This document shows, one piece after another, positions 63,044 to 64,000 of a DNA stretch of 64,000 nucleotides (position 1 is its first letter; every line of letters starts with the position of its first letter). The position numbers and the translations under genes were made by a program. Below the pieces are notes generated by a model. The model saw nothing but the letters and a program-made list of their open reading frames with translations, was not told the DNA's origin and did not search any database. Source of the stretch: Fimicolochytrium jonesii (lineage: Eukaryota); assembly GCF_025526975.1 (NCBI RefSeq), contig NW_026515669.1, positions 806,001 through 870,000 of the forward strand, read 5' to 3'.

Positions 63044-63891
63044 ATGAACGATTCACGACCTCTTCCACCAGGGTAGGTGCAGCATCCATCGCCGACATCA
63101 GAGCTACCTTGGTCTCATTCTTCCCTTCCTAAATGTATACTTAGTTGGATAACCCAATGGGATGCCAACTACCAAAGATATTTCTTCGTCGGTAAGTTGT
63201 CGCGCGTTCTTGCTTAGACTATGCCTCAGAGTTCCGGTTTTAACATACATAACACATCATATCAGATACTAGCACCGGACAATCCTCGTGGAATGATCCC
63301 AGAGGTCCTCTTCCCAACGCTCCAAGCTCGCAATTGCCGCCTGCATACGGCGTTGGAGCCGCAGCTGGAGGACCACCAAACTACTCGCAGCAGGCACCTG
63401 CACAGAACTTTGCCCCTACGCCGGAGCAATACCAATCGTATCAGCAGCAACAGCAGCCCCCGCAGTATCAGCAGAATGTCCCGCCTGGCGGCTCTGACGA
63501 TCGAGGCCTCGGAAAACTGGCTATGGGCGCAGCCGGGATCTACGCGTTATCAAGCGTTTTGAAGCCTCAACACGGTCATTCCGGAGGCGGCCTGGGTGGC
63601 CTGGGCGCCTTGCTGGGCGGGGGAGGCGGTCATGGAGGGGGTGGATATGGTGGCCACGGGTACGGCCATGGACCATCGCATGGTTCTAGCGGGTTCGGCG
63701 GCGGCGGTATGCTTCCCGGCATGGCGCTGGGTATGGGCGGAATGGCTCTCATGGGCGGGATGGGCGGCAGAAAGCACAAACGCTACGGAAGGAAGCACAA
63801 AGGATGGGGCAAGAGCAAGGGTTGGGGAAAGCACAAGGGATGGGGAATGGGAAAATGGAAAGGTGGGAAAGGATTTGGGAAATGGAAGTAG
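63044..63891 (+). CDS. WW-domain protein with a Pro/Gln-rich middle, a Gly-rich region and a basic KHKGWG-repeat C-terminus
   Basis: Spliced N-terminus MNDSRPLPPG|WITQWDANYQRYFFV|DTSTGQSSWNDPRG is a canonical WW domain and continues into ORF 63334-63891. Confidence 0.85.
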
Positions 63892-64000
63892 ACGGACATG
63901 GTTCATTTGGTATTACGTCACCACCGAAAACTGGTCCATGCCTGATAAGGCAACGTGGGGTTTGGCAGCTTTGCCCCAAATTATTCTACGTGCAAACGAC

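Overview
Intron-rich eukaryotic genomic DNA with short GT-AG introns (mostly 50-100 nt) and CTAAC/CTGAC branch points. Gene content (fungal-type MRPL31, NMA111 and GFA1 together with a cyclic-nucleotide-binding K+ channel and a Venus-flytrap receptor domain) points to a zoosporic, chytrid-like fungus; this is an inference. About 24 protein-coding genes are supported. Three are effectively invisible in the ORF track and were rebuilt by manual splicing: RPL43, MRPL31/mL60 and an Stc1-like zinc-finger gene. The most striking element is a spliced gene at 36789-41305 encoding signal peptide, ANF-receptor/Venus-flytrap ectodomain, one TM helix and a class I cyclic-nucleotide phosphodiesterase, i.e. 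a putative ligand-regulated receptor phosphodiesterase. It lies about 670 bp upstream of a co-oriented cyclic-nucleotide-binding-domain K+ channel. Other points of note: three mitoribosomal protein genes surround a TrhO/TSTD2 gene, ribosomal-protein genes carry unusually long introns, the insulysin active site is split into microexons, and there is a tandem BTB pair. All calls come from motif recognition by eye; no database searches were run.
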